A DNA stretch of 64,000 bases from an uncultured Candidatus Saccharibacteria bacterium (lineage in GTDB: Bacteria; Patescibacteriota; CAZHWT01). Below, in pieces: positions 60,582-64,000 of this stretch. How positions within the stretch are numbered: position 1 is the first letter of the stretch; every line of letters starts with the position of its first letter. A program made the position numbers and the translations under genes. Below the pieces are notes generated by a model. The model had not been told where the DNA came from. It did no database searches and saw only the letters and a program-made list of their open reading frames with translations. Location of the stretch: positions 20,573 through 84,572 of the forward strand of contig CAZHWT010000002.1 in the NCBI GenBank assembly GCA_964536215.1, given 5' to 3'.

Positions 60582-62129
60582 TTAATAATCACCAACCGGC
60601 TTAGTCCAGGCCGACTCCAGCTTGTCGAGCCTTCGTTTGCCGCTAGCAATAATTTTAATCCAACTCTTATTATGCCGATCATATGGCAGCATGTGAGATC
60701 CGCCAACTTTTGCTTCGGTCGTTTTACCATCAAAGTCCATTGTTGCCCCCAACTGACCAGATCTCCGGCGAATACGCAGAGCTGACCTAACCTGGTCAAC
60801 AATTGACTGGGTTAAAGAATCTTCCCAACCCCGCGTCACCACCGTGCGCATATCCTTAGTGTCTGGTGCTACCCCTTTGAATAAGGCCAATTGTTCAACC
60901 TGAAAGGCCTTGCCTTTTAAGTCTGCTTGCTCGGCAGAGTCTTCTTCCCAACCTTTCAACTTTCGCAACTCTTCCTTAAAAGGCCCGTCTAATCGACCAA
61001 ACTCACGGAACGTGGGGCTGGCGGCAAGATGTCCGACGATGGCGCCGCCCAAACCTACAGCCACTCTACCTGACTTAGCTGCTCGGCTAGGCTCATCAGC
61101 CCCACCATGATCACCGGCCGGGTTATCCAACCGTAATACAACCTGCTGGCGGGCTTGGTCATCCAACATACTGCCAACTTCCGTGGCAATCAATGCACCT
61201 TTAGATGCTCCCCGAATAACAATTGTCTGCTGCTCATCACCTTGGGCATCCTCAGGCTGAGCTGAATGCTGCTTCACAAAATCAACAAATGTCTTGCCAT
61301 AGGTTGATAGATAATCCTGCTGCAAGTCGTTCTGCCATTCTTGGCTAACATGACCGCCCTGTCCGGTTGGGGTGCCAACGGCATAAATTTCGATATCCGG
61401 CGGGTTCTCGCCTTTGCGTAAGGCATCCCAATACTGGGGCAGCTCTCTAATAAATGTGTCGAGAGTCGTATCAGCCATACCAAAAGCATCTCCAGATGGC
61501 GGAGGTGCCAATGCTCCGAACAGAAAATGGGTCCGTTTGTTCTGAGGGTGATGAGATGAAGTAGCTTCTGCCGCTGAAGCTGATGAGACTCCCGTTTCGG
61601 GCAATCCACTCTGGCCATAAATTCGCTTGACCACATCTGGAGTGATAGTAAGCTTGGAAACAGTAAAATCAACGCCAGGATACGCCGGCGATGCTACCTG
61701 ATCCAGGTTTTTAATATACTGTTGATTATACTCGGTTAGAGTCCGTTCTACCTCTGCTTTGTCTTTTTCAGGAGTTTTTGCCAATATCTTACGCAAACTT
61801 ACTTCGTACTGCGGCGAATGAATCTCGCCCCGGGCCAGGCGTTCTTTAGCTTCGGCCATGTCCGCATCCCGCTGTTCGTTGGTATAGACCGGATGAATAG
61901 TCTCAGACTCAGTTTGTATTTGGCCAAGATCAGCTTCTTCTTCCTGACGGGCTAAATTTTTGAGCGGATGTGACGTTTGTGCTTCCTCGCTAGTAGCGAC
62001 CTCTGCCAATTCTTGACTCAAGTCCTGATTGTCAGGTAATGGGGAAGCTTCCGGACCGTCATGTTCAGGGGTCGTGGTCGAATGTTCATGTTCATCGGCT
62101 GGTGGATGAAATCCAGATTCAATATTCAT
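60582..62129 (-). CDS. Hypothetical protein with an alpha/beta-hydrolase-like GxSxG and an acidic N-terminus
   Basis: IVIRGASKGALIA, LDNPAG and a late His (GSHM). Confidence 0.55.
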   Translation of the reverse strand: MNIESGFHPPADEHEHSTTTPEHDGPEASPLPDNQDLSQELAEVATSEEAQTSHPLKNLARQEEEADLGQIQTESETIHPVYTNEQRDADMAEAKERLARGEIHSPQYEVSLRKILAKTPEKDKAEVERTLTEYNQQYIKNLDQVASPAYPGVDFTVSKLTITPDVVKRIYGQSGLPETGVSSASAAEATSSHHPQNKRTHFLFGALAPPPSGDAFGMADTTLDTFIRELPQYWDALRKGENPPDIEIYAVGTPTGQGGHVSQEWQNDLQQDYLSTYGKTFVDFVKQHSAQPEDAQGDEQQTIVIRGASKGALIATEVGSMLDDQARQQVVLRLDNPAGDHGGADEPSRAAKSGRVAVGLGGAIVGHLAASPTFREFGRLDGPFKEELRKLKGWEEDSAEQADLKGKAFQVEQLALFKGVAPDTKDMRTVVTRGWEDSLTQSIVDQVRSALRIRRRSGQLGATMDFDGKTTEAKVGGSHMLPYDRHNKSWIKIIASGKRRLDKLESAWTKPVGDY

Positions 62130-62326
62130 ATCCAAACTATACTCCCATTTTTTAAAAAACAACAGAGATTAAACGCAAAGACCGCTACTGACCACAGCAT
62201 CTATACTATTGACCTTGCTAGACCCCTTGCAGCCCCTCGCAAGGCTATTTTAGAGGCATTTTTTGCTCCAAATACGTGCAGACAGACCAATTGTAACCAA
62301 TTATTTATACAATCAAGCTCAAGCAG

Positions 62327-63643
62327 TTATGCCGAGAAATCGGCGCCAATAGCAGTCAATTTCTCCAGAAATCGCTCGTAGCCGCGCTGGATCAAGGTCG
62401 TGTTATGCAATGTTGTCGTTCCTTCGGCTAATAACGCCGCTAAAACATAAGAAAACCCGCCGCGCAAATCCGGCACGGTCAATTCTGCTCCATGCAGCGG
62501 CGTGGGCCCTACGATCACCGCACTATGTTTGTAGTTGCGGGAAATATAACGGCAATCCGAGCCGCCTAAGCATTCGGTGAACAACTGGATTTTAGCGCCC
62601 ATATCGTTCAAGGCCGATATGTAGCCAAACCGCTCCTCATACACGGTTTCGTGAACCACTGATACGCCCGTAGCTTGGGTTAAGGCAATCACAAACGGCT
62701 GTTGCCAATCGGTCATAAAGCCTGGATGCACACCCGTCTCCAAGGCAATTGGTTTGAGAATCTCAGCCTCGCGCCAAAATGTAATGCTATCATCAGTGGC
62801 CGTAAACCCGCCGCCCAGCTGCCGGAATTTATTTAAAAAGGTAATCATATCGATCTGATGAGCACCCTGGACGACAATCTTGCCGTTAGTAATTAGCGCC
62901 GCGCAAGCCCAACTAGCCGCCTCGATACGATCGGGTAGGCAGAAATGGTCATAGCCATGCAACTCATCTACTCCCACAATCGTAATTACCCGATCAGTAT
63001 CAACCGAAATAATCGCCCCCATCTTTTGCAACACGCAAATAAGATCAATAATTTCCGGCTCCACCGCCGCATTGGATAAATGAGTTACACCCTTAGCCAA
63101 CACTGCTGCCATCAAAACCTGTTCCGTCGCTCCCACACTCGGATAATCCAAATGAATCTTGGCTCCCTGTAATCGTTCAGCCGTTAGAGTCAGATATTTT
63201 TCATCCACTACCACTTCCGCACCCATCAACTCCAAAGCATTTATATGAAAATCCACTGGCCTAGCTCCAATGTTACAGCCCCCTAAATTAGCAATCACCA
63301 CTTTGCCAAACCGGTTAAGCATCGGCCCGCACATTAAAATGGGAATCCGGCTCTTGCCAGCATATTGATCTAATTCTTCAGCTGTTAACGGATGGATATT
63401 GTCAGCAGTAATCTGCAAGGTCAGTTCATCTCTATATTCGGCTTTACCACCCATAGCCGTAATCATTTCCGCCACCAACTCCACGTCGCGAACCTGCGCC
63501 ACATTGCCCAAAGTGCATGTTTCCGGCGTCAGCAAAGCAGCCACCATTTCCTTAGACAAAGCATTCTTGGCCCCATGCAGTTCAATAGTGCCATTTAATG
63601 GTTTACCACCGCGGATTATTAAAGTGTCAGGAAGAGTGGACAT
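62327..63643 (-). CDS. murA: UDP-N-acetylglucosamine 1-carboxyvinyltransferase
   Basis: GAKN, GGCNIGARPVDFH, SVGATE, PGFMTDWQ and PDLRGG motifs. Confidence 0.96.
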   Translation of the reverse strand: MSTLPDTLIIRGGKPLNGTIELHGAKNALSKEMVAALLTPETCTLGNVAQVRDVELVAEMITAMGGKAEYRDELTLQITADNIHPLTAEELDQYAGKSRIPILMCGPMLNRFGKVVIANLGGCNIGARPVDFHINALELMGAEVVVDEKYLTLTAERLQGAKIHLDYPSVGATEQVLMAAVLAKGVTHLSNAAVEPEIIDLICVLQKMGAIISVDTDRVITIVGVDELHGYDHFCLPDRIEAASWACAALITNGKIVVQGAHQIDMITFLNKFRQLGGGFTATDDSITFWREAEILKPIALETGVHPGFMTDWQQPFVIALTQATGVSVVHETVYEERFGYISALNDMGAKIQLFTECLGGSDCRYISRNYKHSAVIVGPTPLHGAELTVPDLRGGFSYVLAALLAEGTTTLHNTTLIQRGYERFLEKLTAIGADFSA

Positions 63644-63750
63644 GATAATAGAATAAAGAATTTGGAATCCTGAATAGCCCATAAGCACGATCAATACTAT
63701 TCAATATTCATGGTTCAAAATTCACAATTCTGTTGAGCCGAAGGCTCAAC

Positions 63751-63827
63751 TGGTCGGGGCGAGATGACTTGAACATCCGACCTCACGGTCCCAAACCGCG
63801 CGCTCTAGCCAACTGAGCTACGCCCCG
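63751..63827 (-). tRNA. tRNA-Pro(TGG)
   Basis: CGGGGCG acceptor; loop TTTGGGA; encoded CCA. Confidence 0.93.
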
Positions 63828-64000
63828 AAATAAAAAGTATTAAGTTCGCTTTTAGACTATACGCTCTAGCCTTAGCCAAAGGTTGATCCACCTCCGGAAG
63901 ACACTGAGCTGCGTCCCAAGAATTGAACACAAGAATTATATCAGATAGAAGGGTAAAAAACGAGTGGCTACCTAATAGGCAGCCACAATTTGCCTGCACT

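Noticed and set aside
54-63999. Short ORFs overlapping or antisense to called genes or tRNAs (e.g. 5079-5345, 34479-34880, 46050-46358, 63805-63999)
   Set aside because: Shadow frames with no RBS or recognisable motifs.

Overview
Bacterial chromosomal DNA (genetic code 11). It is most likely from a Patescibacteria/CPR genome, inferred from gene content: a cyoABCD+cyoE cytochrome bo3 cluster, a DUF3152 protein, many short orphan genes and CPR-style palindromic repeats. Core genes sit at both ends: the cyo cluster on the left; tRNA-Gln, tRNA-Leu, tRNA-Pro, murA and a response regulator on the right. Between them lie about 50 kb of accessory DNA. Highlights: (1) A six-gene ubiquitination-like operon at 22.3-26.4 kb: unknown ORF, two paralogous E2/UBC-like proteins, a JAB peptidase fused to an E2-like fold, a ThiF/E1 with no Cys at the usual catalytic position, and a 75-aa peptide ending in -Phe-Ala. 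It contains no CD-NTase and no recognisable Gly-Gly Ubl. (2) An integron-like array at 36.3-42.0 kb, where 1-2 gene cassettes (TA pair, CdiA-like nuclease, DUF2335 pair and others) are separated by co-oriented, degenerate 150-200 bp repeats that are not canonical attC sites. (3) A tRNA-like gene with an Asp (ATC) anticodon on an Ala-type G3:U70 acceptor stem, close to an MmeI-like type IIL R-M gene. (4) A 1446-aa protein with two GHKL ATPase modules and a HExxH motif. (5) A recurring promoter-spacer motif and a repeated small structured RNA-like motif. All family assignments come from motifs recognised by eye; no searches were run.
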